Source: Phoronis australis (lineage: Eukaryota; Animalia; Phoronida). From it: a stretch of DNA of 64,000 bases. A model generated the notes under the pieces. That model was not told where the DNA came from. It was given only the letters and a program-made list of their open reading frames with translations, and searched no databases. Below are positions 50,728 to 63,333 of the stretch, one piece after another. The stretch spans positions 799,552 to 863,551 of the forward strand of contig NMRA01000045.1 of the NCBI GenBank assembly GCA_002633005.1, in the 5' to 3' direction. The position numbers and the translations under genes are program-made. The stretch's first letter is position 1. Each line of letters begins with the position of its first letter.

Positions 50728-52183
50728 TGTGGTTTTAGAATTTCCTAATGTCAGTAGAAAGATTTTAATGTCATGCTTTTGTGAAGCGACAGTGAATGGT
50801 CATATGGGCGGTTTTACCTACTCCATGTCTGCAATTTGAGATTTATGTAGAACAACTAGACTCGAGGTCTAACCTTTGTACTTGAAATTGAACTTAATAT
50901 TATTTTTGATATTTTACAATTTATTCATATTTTTGATATTTTACTATTTATTTTTGTGCAAGTGCCAGATAAATGTCTATTAGTCTGCTCGAATACACTA
51001 TGATTTACGTGGATAACTGTCTAATCCTAGCTTGCTCTTGATGACTTTAATACTATGAGTTTGAGGCTGAACTGGAAAGCAAGAGTTTTTATTCGGCAGC
51101 TCGAATCTAGATGTCATCAACTGTGAACCTTGGACTGGGCACTCGTTAGGTTAAACCATAAATGTACTTGGACACACTGGATAATAGATACTTGTCTTGA
51201 ATTCACATAAAAGTAGACATAAAGTGTCAAAAATATTTTCAAGTTCAATTTCGAGTACAGAGTACAGACATTAGATCGCGGATGCTAGGGTAGGGTTGCA
51301 ACAGGTCACAGTGTTCAATTCAATTCTGATTTTCGCCCTCGGTTCTCATAGTTCCTGCCATAGTCACGGTGGGCGCATAAAATGTGTATTTTGCTGATCT
51401 CTTCAAAAATGTAAACTTTGTCTTTTTGTTTGGAAACTTTAGCGAAAACTGCGAGATGCAATGATTTTAGAAACAATGATCTTGACATGTAGGAGTCGAA
51501 GAGTATGCCATTCTTTTGAGAAACGCTATTACGAATGACATCAAACAAGTTTGTTGCGAAACCTATCCATTAACACCTAATATTCAAGAAATACGGAATT
51601 AATATTACTGCTATTGATCGAATACAATGTATCGGTTGCAACCCTAATCAGCTGGGGTTATAGGTCAAAAGTTTGGCATAGTTACGGTGAGTGTGGTATG
51701 TGAAAAACTGACGTGTATGTGACCAAGTTTGTCTGGTGATACTTGGTGCTACCTGGTGGCACACAAAGGAACTATTATTTTGCATTGGGTGGCATTAGGT
51801 GCATTTTATGACTGGTGAAAATTACCATTCATGAGTTTTAGACTGCTTTCAGATGTCCCCAAGAAGTTGTCACCAACTTTGTCAATCGCATTTTCCTGAA
51901 TAGGAATGACGAAATGCAGTTCTGGTATATTTGCACTTGAACTTCCTGTTAAATGCGCATCAGTCAAAAAATGCTCATACCATTTTATCATACCCACTAC
52001 ATTACTAGATGGCATACCACTATCATGTTGGTTATTTGCTATTTTTTGAATGGGTTTACAGCAAGAATTTTGATACTAGTTCTTATTGCCGAGAGGTGAT
52101 TTCGATTTAAAAATCCACAATCAACACCATGCTTTGTAAAAGTTTTGTAAAGCTTTTAATATCTGTATTATTTTTGTATAGTT

Positions 52184-52189
52184 AATAAA
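52184..52189 (+). terminator. Candidate AKIP1 polyadenylation signal
   Basis: AATAAA after a U-rich tract (tttttgtatagttAATAAA), about 1.46 kb after the stop. Confidence 0.4.
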
Positions 52190-52682
52190 TGTATTTATTT
52201 ATTTGAAATATGCTGCCTTCTACTCTGGATGATCCAGAAATACAGGACATGCTGAAAATAATGTAATTGATGAAGAATTCCAGACATGACGGCTAGATAA
52301 AAGTGAAATTCACCATGGTGATAGAAATTTAACAAGACGGAAACGATTCCCTGTAATTAGGAAACTGCCGTAATGATTAGTCATTCTCGGTCATTTTTGC
52401 TGTAAACAGAATTAGTGGTCTTTGTGGGCAATGTTTTTTTTAGTTACTTTGGACATGTGTATTATTGCGCTTTTTTGTATTCAATTGCTGAGATTTTTGT
52501 CAAGATGTATACTTTTAGGCATTTTGTGACCGGGAAGTACCAAAATTGAGGGGTTGTATGTTAAGCAAGCTCTACTTTAGACACGCGACTTCTTGGAACT
52601 TGAACATAAAAATAATTCATTGCACCCACTGCCTGCAAAGTGGACACTAGGAATACAACAGAACTATTGTGTTCATTTCCTG

Positions 52683-52688
52683 TTTATT
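52683..52688 (-). terminator. Candidate PAWR polyadenylation signal
   Basis: AATAAA on the minus strand about 2.2 kb downstream of the PAWR stop. Alternative sites exist near 52194 and 53011. Confidence 0.35.
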
Positions 52689-54891
52689 AAAACAGATATT
52701 ATATTTACAATGCTAAAACAAGACCTGCAAATATTCCAATTAAGTGTAAACCATCAACCCGTCGGCACAACGAACCTTGTTTGACTAATTGCAATGTGCG
52801 TGCTTTTGATGCAGCAGAACACAGGATCTGTCTAAATTGAGACTCCACACGTGTTTAACAAGCTTTGTAGAGAGTGATCTCCCTAAAATGTGATCAACAA
52901 AACTTGCTCTAAGTAGAATTCAGTCTGTAAGGTGAAGGAAAACTTGTCATGCCAAAGATTTACGAAAAAAAATCTTCAAAGAATGACTCAATAGAGTGGA
53001 AAACTGGCATTTTATTTTTGTTCAATTTCTGAATTTTTGAAATTTTATCAAGTTGTCACAGTGCAGATGCAGTGCAGATCTTTCCAAATATTTGGTAAAT
53101 TTTTGAGCTCTTGCAGCAAATACAGTGAGCTTTTTTGAAAACTTGAAAAATGTCAATTAGCATTTTTTGTCTCAAAATAAAATTTTTACCATTGGTAATC
53201 CTCATAAGGATTAATGATACACCTTGTTTTTTTATAGTTTTCAACATTAATAAGTCATCCCATAGCTTCAAGTTCCAAATAACACATTTTCAGACACACT
53301 TAATCGTGTCATTGCCTGGCACAAATAACATCCAGGCATGCCATGGTAATAACATTATCCAGTCATAACATTAGAACGCAGAATACATACATGCCCATCT
53401 TTACTATTCACTCTGACCAGCATACTGAACATACTAAATGCACCACATTGAACACAATAGAAATATTGTATACAACAGAGTGGTAACAAGCCTCTTGCGC
53501 CCCTAAGCTACAAGATTCTGGGAGCCTGTGAAATTGGAGCTGCCCCCGCCACAATTTTCAAATCCCTCCCCCACTATCAGTTTTAGCTTTCCGTCTCCAC
53601 CTTTACCCCATTCAACAAAATATCAAGTTTAAGTCAAAGTACCTGTGGCTGTGAAGTAGGGCCCCTGGTTTGTACAATATTTGTGCCTTAACAGCTTAAC
53701 ATATAATTTGGCACTGGCAAAGCATGAATAAGATCTAATGCAAGTTTTAGTGATTGTAGATATGACTTGTGGCTTCTCAACAAGAGGATTATTTTCCCTT
53801 CTGTCGCAGTTGGAATCTGCAACTTCTTTATTTGACAATAGTCTAACAGAATAGTACTAGAAAAACTGACACACTGACTAAACAAAATTCATTCCATCAA
53901 CTAAAAATCTATCAACCTAATCCACATCAGACTTCACTTCTGAATATTACTGTATTACTGATCTCACTAAATAACAGATAAACATCAGCAGAACTTCACA
54001 GTCTGAGAATAATGAACACACTACAGCGAGTAGAAATTTATTTGTCACCATGGACAATAGATGGTGTTCTAAAACAGTTCTGCAATCCTTGTCATATTTT
54101 TTCTCAACTGGATACTAACCCATTGGCCTTACCCACAATGCTCATTAGCCAGTGTCAAGTTATGGCTGTTTAGTGTTACTTAGTGACATTCATTGAAAAG
54201 TAGCCACTCCCATGGGATTGATTAGCCATTGAAACCTTCACAGGTATTTTCCTCGTTTTGGGAACTTGAATTCACAAATGTAATAAGCCACACAGTAAGG
54301 GTTAAGAAAGTTAAAGGATCGTGACAGAATGACTGCACGATAAAATATTTAGACACATTACCTGCAAATGTGAATAACTATTTACAGACACACGGTCAAA
54401 TACAGAAACCTTGGTCTAAACTCTGCATATCGAAACATACTGTAGGTAGTTGCCTCGGCCATTAAAACATCATACTTTCCCTTGAAGAAGCAGGACTGCT
54501 GACAGATCTAGAACACTTCAAGTGGCAGTCTGACAACAATGTCCCAAAGGACAACTCTTCGCAACATCCTTAAAATGGCAACTATGCCATTTTTGTTTTT
54601 AGCCCACTTCCAGAGGGGGGGGGGTAGTCAAGGCCCACCTAAATCAGCCTTTAGGGGTGTGAAATGCAAATTCGCAGAGCATAAATATCTCTGACACAGA
54701 TAAACACAATACAGTTTTGACAACATATTAGGACTGTCAGATAGCCTCCTGATGACGTGCTGTAGTCAATACACTCCTGAAATGCTGTTCAAATATTTTC
54801 AAATCCATTCCTACTGACGAGACTTATAGTCCACTTCTGCTTGAAGACACGTCGAGGTTCATGTCAAATTTTGTGAATGTGTCCGTGAGCA

Positions 54892-54993
54892 TCATCTTCG
54901 CGTTGAACACGAACTAACTTGCGATACTACACGAAGAAGAGCTTTGTTTTCTCCGTGTAATCTTTCGTTTTCATCGTCTAGCTCGTCAAGATC
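54892..54993 (-). CDS. PAWR: PAWR/Par-4 homolog, last coding exon (end of leucine zipper)
   Basis: tttgcag|DLDELDDENERLHGENKALLRVVSQVSSCSTRR* matches human Par-4 DLDDIEDENEQLKQENKTLLKVVGQLTR. Confidence 0.9.
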   Translation of the reverse strand, partial: DLDELDDENERLHGENKALLRVVSQVSSCSTRR

Positions 54994-55092
54994 CTGCAAA
55001 GTTAGGGTTTCAAAATTATAGGCATACACATATTGTTTCAAACAGATAGAAAATATTCTGTCAGTTGGTAGTAATATGTATTGTGAAGGTCC

Positions 55093-57572
55093 AGTGCATT
55101 ATGAATGACACAAAGCTAATGAAATGGTATCCATGAAATTTGAATAGCCACATCCCAAAATACCACAGCGCTATAGAACTGCGGTATTTACCCACAATAC
55201 TACATTATCTATATGGCCCTTGTTCAACTGATGTCATGCTTATCACTATTTCACATCAAAACTAGTTCAACAGTTGTCATTCTTTTGTTAATAAATGTTT
55301 GCAAATGCCACAGTGAGTTGCTGTACGTAGTCATAAGCTGAGCGGGGCATGATATATCATTTTAACGTACTTGTCCAACTTAGTACAGAGGTGTGTTAGT
55401 GGCCTAACACTTTCCAAAACAGGGTTAATCATAGAATGGGCTTTCCTACCACAGCAAAAGAGAAGAATTACACTCGGGACCAGCCTATTCTTGGAATAAG
55501 CAAACCTGTTCTCTATCCAATTGATCAGTTAATCTTAAGGTTTTACAACTAAAAATTCACACATCATTTTGATAAAATTTTGTCCGAAATTGGTAAGATT
55601 TTACAATTCTGTAGCAGTATGTCCAATTCATTTTGGTTTAAGGTCTTGAGTCTTCGTTGCACCGCACTCGCATGAGAAGTGCAATGAACAACATTCCTTA
55701 AAACAAAGCTTGAAATGACCAATGAAAAAAAAGGAAAAATTTCCAGGTGATGTATCCTTCCACAAACATATAGGCTTGGGCGATAGAAATTTTTGTTGTG
55801 AAATTTAAGTGAAATAAAAGTTTTTGCATAAATAAAGTCAAAATAATGACAAAAAGAGAAGGAGAAAGAGAACACTGGAAATAAAATAAGAGGAAATCCT
55901 CTTAAAGGAGAAAAATTCCAAGCCCTGTAAGTTGTGCAATGAGCAGCAATCCTTAACAAAACCAGATTTTGGCACAACTTCTAAGTAAAACATTTTCTTT
56001 AAAATTAGCCCAGTAGCACAGCAGGACGTTCAAATGACTTACAAAAAGCACATCCTTCCTATAAAAATTCTATATCTGAGCATGGTAAAATAAACTACAC
56101 ACACCATACAAAAATAAAGTTGAACAAAACATAGCAATGCTAAACATTTGCAGAATATCAGAACAAAATGTGACGCATGCGATGAAAAAAATTGTCACAA
56201 ATTTGAAGCCAGAATCAATACTTTTATGCATAGTGTTGGGTACCAGTCCAGTATTGGAAAATCAGGGCAATACTGTCAATTAAATATTCATATTTTTCCA
56301 GTACCGAGTACTAAGTAAAATAAATTTGAGATNAGTGCATTATGAATGACACAAAGCTAATGAAATGGTGTCCATGAAATTTGAATAGTTACATCCCAAA
56401 ATACCACAGCGCTATAGAACTGCGGTATTTACCCACGATACTACATTATCTATATGGCCCTTGTTCAACTGATGTCATGCTTATCACTATTTCACATCAA
56501 AACTAGTTCAACAGTTGTCATTCTTATGTTAATAAATGTTTGCAAATGCCACAGTGAGTTGCTGTACGTAGTCATAAGCTGAGCGGGGCATGATATATCA
56601 TTTTAACGTACTTGTCCAACTTAGTGCAGAGGTGTGTTAGTGGCCTAACACTTTCCAAAACAGGATTAATCATAGAATGGGCTTTCCTACCACAGCAAAA
56701 GAGAAGAATTACACTCGGGACCAGCCTGTTCTTGGAATAAGCAAACCTGTTCTCTATCCAATTGATCAGTTAATCTTAAGGTTTTACAACTAAAAATTCA
56801 CACATCATTTTGATAAAATTTTGTCCGAAATTGGTGAGATTTTACAGTTTTGTAGCAGTATGTCCAATTCATTTTGGTTTAGGGTCTTGAGTCTTCGTTG
56901 CACCGCACTCGCATGAGAAGTGCAATGAACAACATTCCTTAAAACAAAGCTTGAAATGACCAATGAAAAAAAGGAAAAATTTCCAGGTGATGTATCCTTC
57001 CACAAACATATAGGCTTGGGCGATAGAAATTTTTGTTGTGAAATTTAAGTGAAATAAAAGTTTTTGCATAAATAAAGTCAAAATAATGACAAAAAGAGAA
57101 GGAGAAAGAGAACACTGGAAATAAAATAAGAGGAAATCCTCTTAAAGGAGAAAAATTCCAAGCCCTGTAAGTTGTGCAATGAGCAGCAATCCTTAACAAA
57201 ACCAGATTTTGGCACAACTTCTAAGTAAAACATTTTCTTTAAAATTAGCCCAGTAGCACAGCAGGACGTTCAAATGACTTACAAAAAGCACATCCTTCCT
57301 ATAAAAATTCTATATCTGAGCATGGTAAAATAAACTACACACACCATACAAAAATAAAGTTGAACAAAACATAGCAATGCTAAACATTTGCAGAATATCA
57401 GAACAAAATGTGACGCATGCGATGAAAAAAATTGTCACAAATTTGAAGCCAGAATCAATACTTTTATGCATAGTGTTGGGTACCAGTCCAGTATTGGAAA
57501 ATCAGGGCAATACTGTCAATTAAATATTCATATTTTTCCAGTACCGAGTACTAAGTAAAATAAATTTGAGAT
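55093..57572. repeat. ~1.24-kb near-identical direct duplication split by a single N (probable assembly artefact)
   Basis: Copy 1 at 55093-56332, N at 56333, copy 2 at 56334-57572. Few SNPs differ. Confidence 0.9.
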
Positions 57573-60500
57573 TTGTCTGGTATTTTAAACCGCGGGAGTA
57601 CCCGAATATATATGTCTGTGAGGTGGGTGTGCTGCGGGGAAATTAGGACAGTCACCCTTTTAGTTGGTTGGCAAGACGACAGCATACACTTTTAGAGACT
57701 GAGTGTGATCACAACACCTATTTTTTCGAGCTACAATGAAAAAGTCGCCCTGTTGTTGAGGTTTTTTTAAACTAATCATCTGTAGGAATTTCGAACCATA
57801 CAAAGAACGTATTCGTTATATTAAAATTGAATGCAACACCCTAGTAGAGTTCCAGCCCAAAAAGTGATCCCTTACATAGAAAATTTAATGGGAAAATATA
57901 CATATTCGTAGGGAATCTGGTCATTAAAAAAGCACCCATCTGAGTCGTGTGTACTGTTATCTCCACTACATAATTTCCTCTCCTGTTTTTAGGGGATTTT
58001 AGCTACGATTTGTTAGAAAGCAACACTTACCAAAGTGTTGTTAATTCTAAGATATCCATGTCTATCAAATTTTGACATTTAGCACAACGTTTGCTGCTTC
58101 ATGCGGGATTAGTTTCCAGTCATAGACAACGATATTGGAGAAAAGAAATTACCAAATCAGCTACACTAGTAGTTTTCAAGGTATCGATAGAAAGATCAAG
58201 TACCAGAGTTTTGCATATCAGCACCCAGGTACTTAGTTTTTACCCAGAAGTTATTCCAAACTGGCATTTATTCAACAATGCCTGTTTCACAAACCTGATG
58301 ATCACTTATTGTTGACTGTTGTTACCAACTGCAAAGTATGTTTGATAAATTTTTATAAATAAAAATTATTTTGAATAGTGTTCGGTTCACTTGACAACCA
58401 TATCCAGGCAAAGTCAGGACTGGCTTCTGCACGCTGTATACAATTTTAAAACAATTATGTCACTCAGGATTTTAACGGTTGCAACAAAGCTACTCATTTA
58501 TTTCTATGCATTATGTTAACATTAGTTAACAATAGATCCTAGACTATCCAGTAAAACAGTGAATTGTGGTTATTCTTTCAATTAGTCTTGAATTACCTCC
58601 CCTGCCACTTATTTGAGACCCGTCGCTCATTTAACAATCATATGATTTTTTAACTGGCTTTTACCCAGTGCTAATTCGTTACCGGTTCTTATTAAAGGAC
58701 CAGCATTAATACGCGACATTAGGGTACTAGGAACTGGTGCCCAACCCTGTTGATGCAGACATGACCAAACAACTGATTGAACAATATTTTACTGGTTTGT
58801 TCAACAAAAGTCATAAAATGCCATTGAAAGCTACAGGAAAGGATTGTGAAAGTTTGTTCAAATGGAAGTTGATCTGGTACAACACTAAGAACGGATCCAG
58901 CAGGTGGGAGGGGGTTGGTGAAAATAACCCAACATCGAGGGAAGTCCAATGACAAAAATGAAAACAAACGTGCAGCAAATTAAACTGAATATGTTTGTGA
59001 TGAGACGATGCATGGCAAAAAAAAAATGATGGAGGAGACATATTTTCTGTCTAGTCTATACAGTAACGACATCAGGGAAACAACAGGGAAATAATTCTAA
59101 TAACATAAAATAACAACAAATGGATACCATGCATTTTGTTATTGTACTTACTACTTCTCTTTGGACTTGAAGAAATAAAGGAAAAAACAGTTTGAGGTCA
59201 CATTCCACACGGTGAACTCAATATAATACAGATACTTCTCCAAGAAAAAATTCAAGAGTTTCTGGGCTGTTTCATAAATTGTAGTTCTACTACTCAAACT
59301 TAGATCATTTACAAACCCATTTTATCAGAGTTTGAGAACATCCATTTGGTCAGTAATGACAATACTTCTATAGCACTTCCGTTACTCTTAAATTCTTTTG
59401 AAATCAGCTCATTAGCAAATGTACTCCATGCCAACTTTCATTCGTTCCGACAATTAAAACCCACCTTGAAGTAAACACCAGGCCGAAACACTCCTATTAA
59501 GCGCTGCTATAAATACCTACTCATACCTCAACTAATGGCTGGGTAATTACCATTGGCAAGACAATTCACCAGACGCGTACCCAGTTTCAGTAGTGTGTGA
59601 CATCGGAAGACGCGAGATACTCAAGAAAATTACGCCCACACTGATCACAACATTTCCGATGAGCAGTGCTGTATCACTGAGCAAACCCCAAGAGAAATGT
59701 GGCTAGTATTTTATTTTCGATTCAGTTACCATGACAACTTTTGTGAAACAGAGCCCAGGCTACTCTTTTTGCCATTTGCCCGCAGATACATTTGGTAATT
59801 CAATCAAGTGTACTATCACAATAATGGCAAAAAGCAATTTCTGGCATTCTAAAGAAAAGCTCTGATCTAAACAACAAAATGGGAAAAGTGCATCAGCCCT
59901 TAAAACTGTAATTGTGTAAACGTGCCCATGGTAGTGTAACAATTCAATCAATGAATTAACGATGTATTTTTAGACAAAATGGTCGCACCCTCAGTCAAAA
60001 TGTGCACTCCGGTGCTTAATTAAACACACTTTATCCAGGGTAACAGCTGCCTAAAACAGCTGATTATGCTTTACATTTCAAGGGTGTTTCTAGTTACATA
60101 TTAAGCTGAAAATGCCATCAGAAGTTAAACATAGGGGGAGATGGTGTAGCCCTGTGGTCCAAGCTTAGGACTCGAAACTTGGAAATCCAAATTGGAACTG
60201 TGGCCACATTACACGTACTCCTTCTTTGGACAGTTTCCAGCTCTTCTGGTATACCGCAGTGCGGCGCACTTACTAATGTTAAATTTCAGAGAAAAATTGA
60301 GAACCTTGTTCTCCTGGGTTCATTACACGCCCAGTACCAGAAACCCATAAACCACTGTTAGGCTGTGCTCAACAAGGGAGGACAGGGCAACATGGCGTCT
60401 GCCGATACGGTAAAAATCCACCACTGCCACGATGAAAAGCTATTAATAAAGAAATGATTTTGCTCAAAGTCAAAATTTTAGAAATAGGCTAAACTGGCCA

Positions 60501-61170
60501 TCCCAAATTGAAGAATTCCATTAAAAGGAAAGCGAAGGCTCACCTTAATGTATACACTATGGGGAGTTTTGGGGACACATGTAAATGTTACGCCAGTGCC
60601 TACTTTCGACAATTTTATAAATTTCCAAGTCTGCCTTAGATGTAAAATGCAGTGTCCAAGTTTTTGTGACATCTTATGAACATCACCCAATCTTTGGAAT
60701 TAAAAAAATTCAATTTTAGTTAAAATTTTGTTATCCTAAACTGGAGAATTTTTACAGTACTTTCTGTCAGCCAGAGTTTTATGATGGGTCAGTTAGCAGA
60801 ATACACTCAGTTACAGAGATTGTTGAATATGTGCATTTTGCCATTGTGTTAGAATCTAGGCCGGTTTCTTTGTAAAGTGCAGTGCCTTTGAGTTTTTGTC
60901 CACCACGTTTGGCAGCGATATGTTCGTATTTAGGTAAGAAAGTGAATAAAAACACAGATATAAAGCCAAAGCAATTTCCAAGATAACAACATTATTTTGT
61001 AAAAATTTTCAACTTAAAAAGACAGAAAATATGTTGAAAAACGGTAAAACTGACATAGCAGAATCAGTTATGTAAGTTGTAAATTTACGTAAGTTTTACA
61101 GCTATTATGCAACACGAAGGAGAAGCAAGAGATAAATTGTGGAGGAACTGTGCAAATTGTATTCACTTAC

Positions 61171-61275
61171 CTTGTTCATTAACCCTATTTCATGTTCCAG
61201 TCTTTGAATTATTAGATCTTTTTCTGATATCGTCTCCTTCAGTTTTTTGTTTTCCTCTTTTTCTTCTTTTAAAAG
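61171..61275 (-). CDS. PAWR: PAWR/Par-4 homolog, coiled-coil exon
   Basis: cttgcag|LLKEEKEENKKLKETISEKDLIIQRLEHEIGLMNK|gtaagt, phase 0/0. Aligns with Par-4 EVVRERQENLRL...DKEEMIGKLKEEIDLLNR. Confidence 0.9.
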
Positions 61276-61892
61276 CTGCAAGTACATTTAAGTAAACAGT
61301 ACAAACAACATACCTGCCGCAAGTCTTCAAGTTAGAAAAACACATATAAATCTGGTTCCAATACAGAAAGTCTCACAAGAAAGAATGAACATGGGTCAAA
61401 CAATAAGTCTTCGTGAAGATTAATCTGTGACAATTCTTTTATTCGTAACGTTGACTTTCACATTTTCATTATTGATATTTTCACATTTTACACATCACAT
61501 TCTACGCACCATATTAGTTTTCACATTACAACACCTAGTTGACTCACCTTATCTAATCCTTTGTTCCTGGCCACTTACTTTGCCTCATGACATCTATAGA
61601 TCATACTTTCACCTAATTTTCACCACATTTTCTACAATTTTTGGCACGTCATTTCAAATCTTTTTCCTATAACCGCTAAGCTTACCTCAAGATAGCAGAA
61701 ATTCATAATTTCATCAAACTTTAACAATTCGCACATCACATTTTTCATATTACATAACTCCATTACATCATTTCAATTCCTTGGTTTCATCATGGTTATG
61801 GTCAACCACGTTTTCATTGCACATCCATATTTCTATCACGTTTTCTACCTTTTTGCATCACATTTTCACATTATTGCACCAAGCTGACTTAC

Positions 61893-62097
61893 CTTCTCCA
61901 ACTCCTTATTCCTAGCAGCTAACTTTGCCTCGTTACTATGGTGATTCACGTCTCCAGCTGCTCTCCTGAATCCCGATGGCGAATGACTTATATGGCCACC
62001 AATTTTGGGAACATTCAGTTCTTTGTATTTCGGGGTATATGCCAGGCGGTGAAACTCGGGTAAGTTATGAGAAGATGGCTTATGATTTTCTTGTAAT
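61893..62097 (-). CDS. PAWR: PAWR homolog, internal exon
   Basis: ctacag| acceptor and AAG|gtaagt donor, phase 2/0. Ends AKLAARNKELEK, matching Par-4 LEKKIEDLEK. Confidence 0.8.
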
Positions 62098-63114
62098 CTG
62101 TAGTTGATAAAGGAAAGCAATATTATAGTACTACTGCAACAAACAGCAGAAATAAAATTTTGTTTAACTAAATTTGCCAATAAAAATAAAGATTAAGAAA
62201 AATATTAATAATAATTAACCTAAGACCTTGACATTTTCACTCAACCCAATTTAATTGGCTGTTACTCAGCTTCGGCAAATCGGCTGAATTTGAACTTAGG
62301 AACACGAGTTCTTGAAAACGGCTCAGTGGATTTCGCTGAAACTTTCCAAACATAATATTTATTCATCAACCTCAAAAAACGCTGTGAGGATTTTCGATAT
62401 AAAGAACTAGCACTTGCAAAGTGTAACAAAGACGAATAGGACTTCTAATTTTTACAAAAATTCCTTACATTTTGCGACTTGACTTATAGAATCCAAAAGA
62501 AAGGACTAATCGAAAATTCCTAACAGTGTTTTTGAGGTAACTGGTGAAGTTTTCATCTAAGAAAGGTTTCATTAAAATCTACCAAGGGTTATTTTCCTAT
62601 GAATGTACTTTTCTTATAAATGAAATTTTGATTTAAAAAAGGTGCTAACGTAACAATAATAATAACAATAATAATAATGGTACATGAATACAAAATATAT
62701 TTTTATATTCCCTGATCTTTTTTTTCAGAAAATATATACTTTTACTACTTGACAAAGCTTAGTTTTTTGATGTACAAGTTAGAATGGAGGACATTAAATC
62801 ATGTTTGAAATATGATCTTTAAAAAGAAAATTTCAATCTCCTTTTTCTCGCCAATAGAATAAAGAAAGAGAGCCTGCAAGTTTTATGCAAAAGTTTTTTG
62901 TGGAATTTACGGTAATCTCCATGAAAATTTGAGTTTTTTTAGAAAAAATGTAGTCATGTGAATATAACCACATGGGCAATACAAGATTCTGTGATCAAGT
63001 ATTTTTAATATAAACAGTTCAATCTATGGCCCTACTATTATTACTTAAGAAAAGTTACTGACAAAATTTGATGCTTGCTAACGAAGTTAGCCTTTTACTT
63101 AAGTCAATATTTAC

Positions 63115-63333
63115 CTATTGTGTGAATCAATATGTCTAGATGAATCCCGTGTGGTTGTTGTGGATGGGTAGCCTTTAAGACTGTCTTGTGATTGGCCTGC
63201 ACTGTTCAAACGGATGGGTTTGAAAACAGTTTCTGATTGGCCAATAGTTGTCAAGTTGGTTTCCGATTGGCTGACTGTGCTGTCATAATCCTGATTATCC
63301 TCTAAATCTGCCTCCAGATCAGTCTGAGATGGG
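63115..63333 (-). CDS. PAWR: PAWR homolog, internal exon (upstream exons lie beyond the window)
   Basis: attgcag| acceptor and AG|gtaaat donor, phase 2/2 matching the next exon. Acidic, low-complexity sequence PSQTDLEADLEDNQDYD... Confidence 0.7.

Noticed and set aside
55564-57217. Duplicated ORFs MCQNLVLLRIAAH...
   Set aside because: They are chance ORFs in a dispersed repeat, duplicated by the probable assembly artefact.
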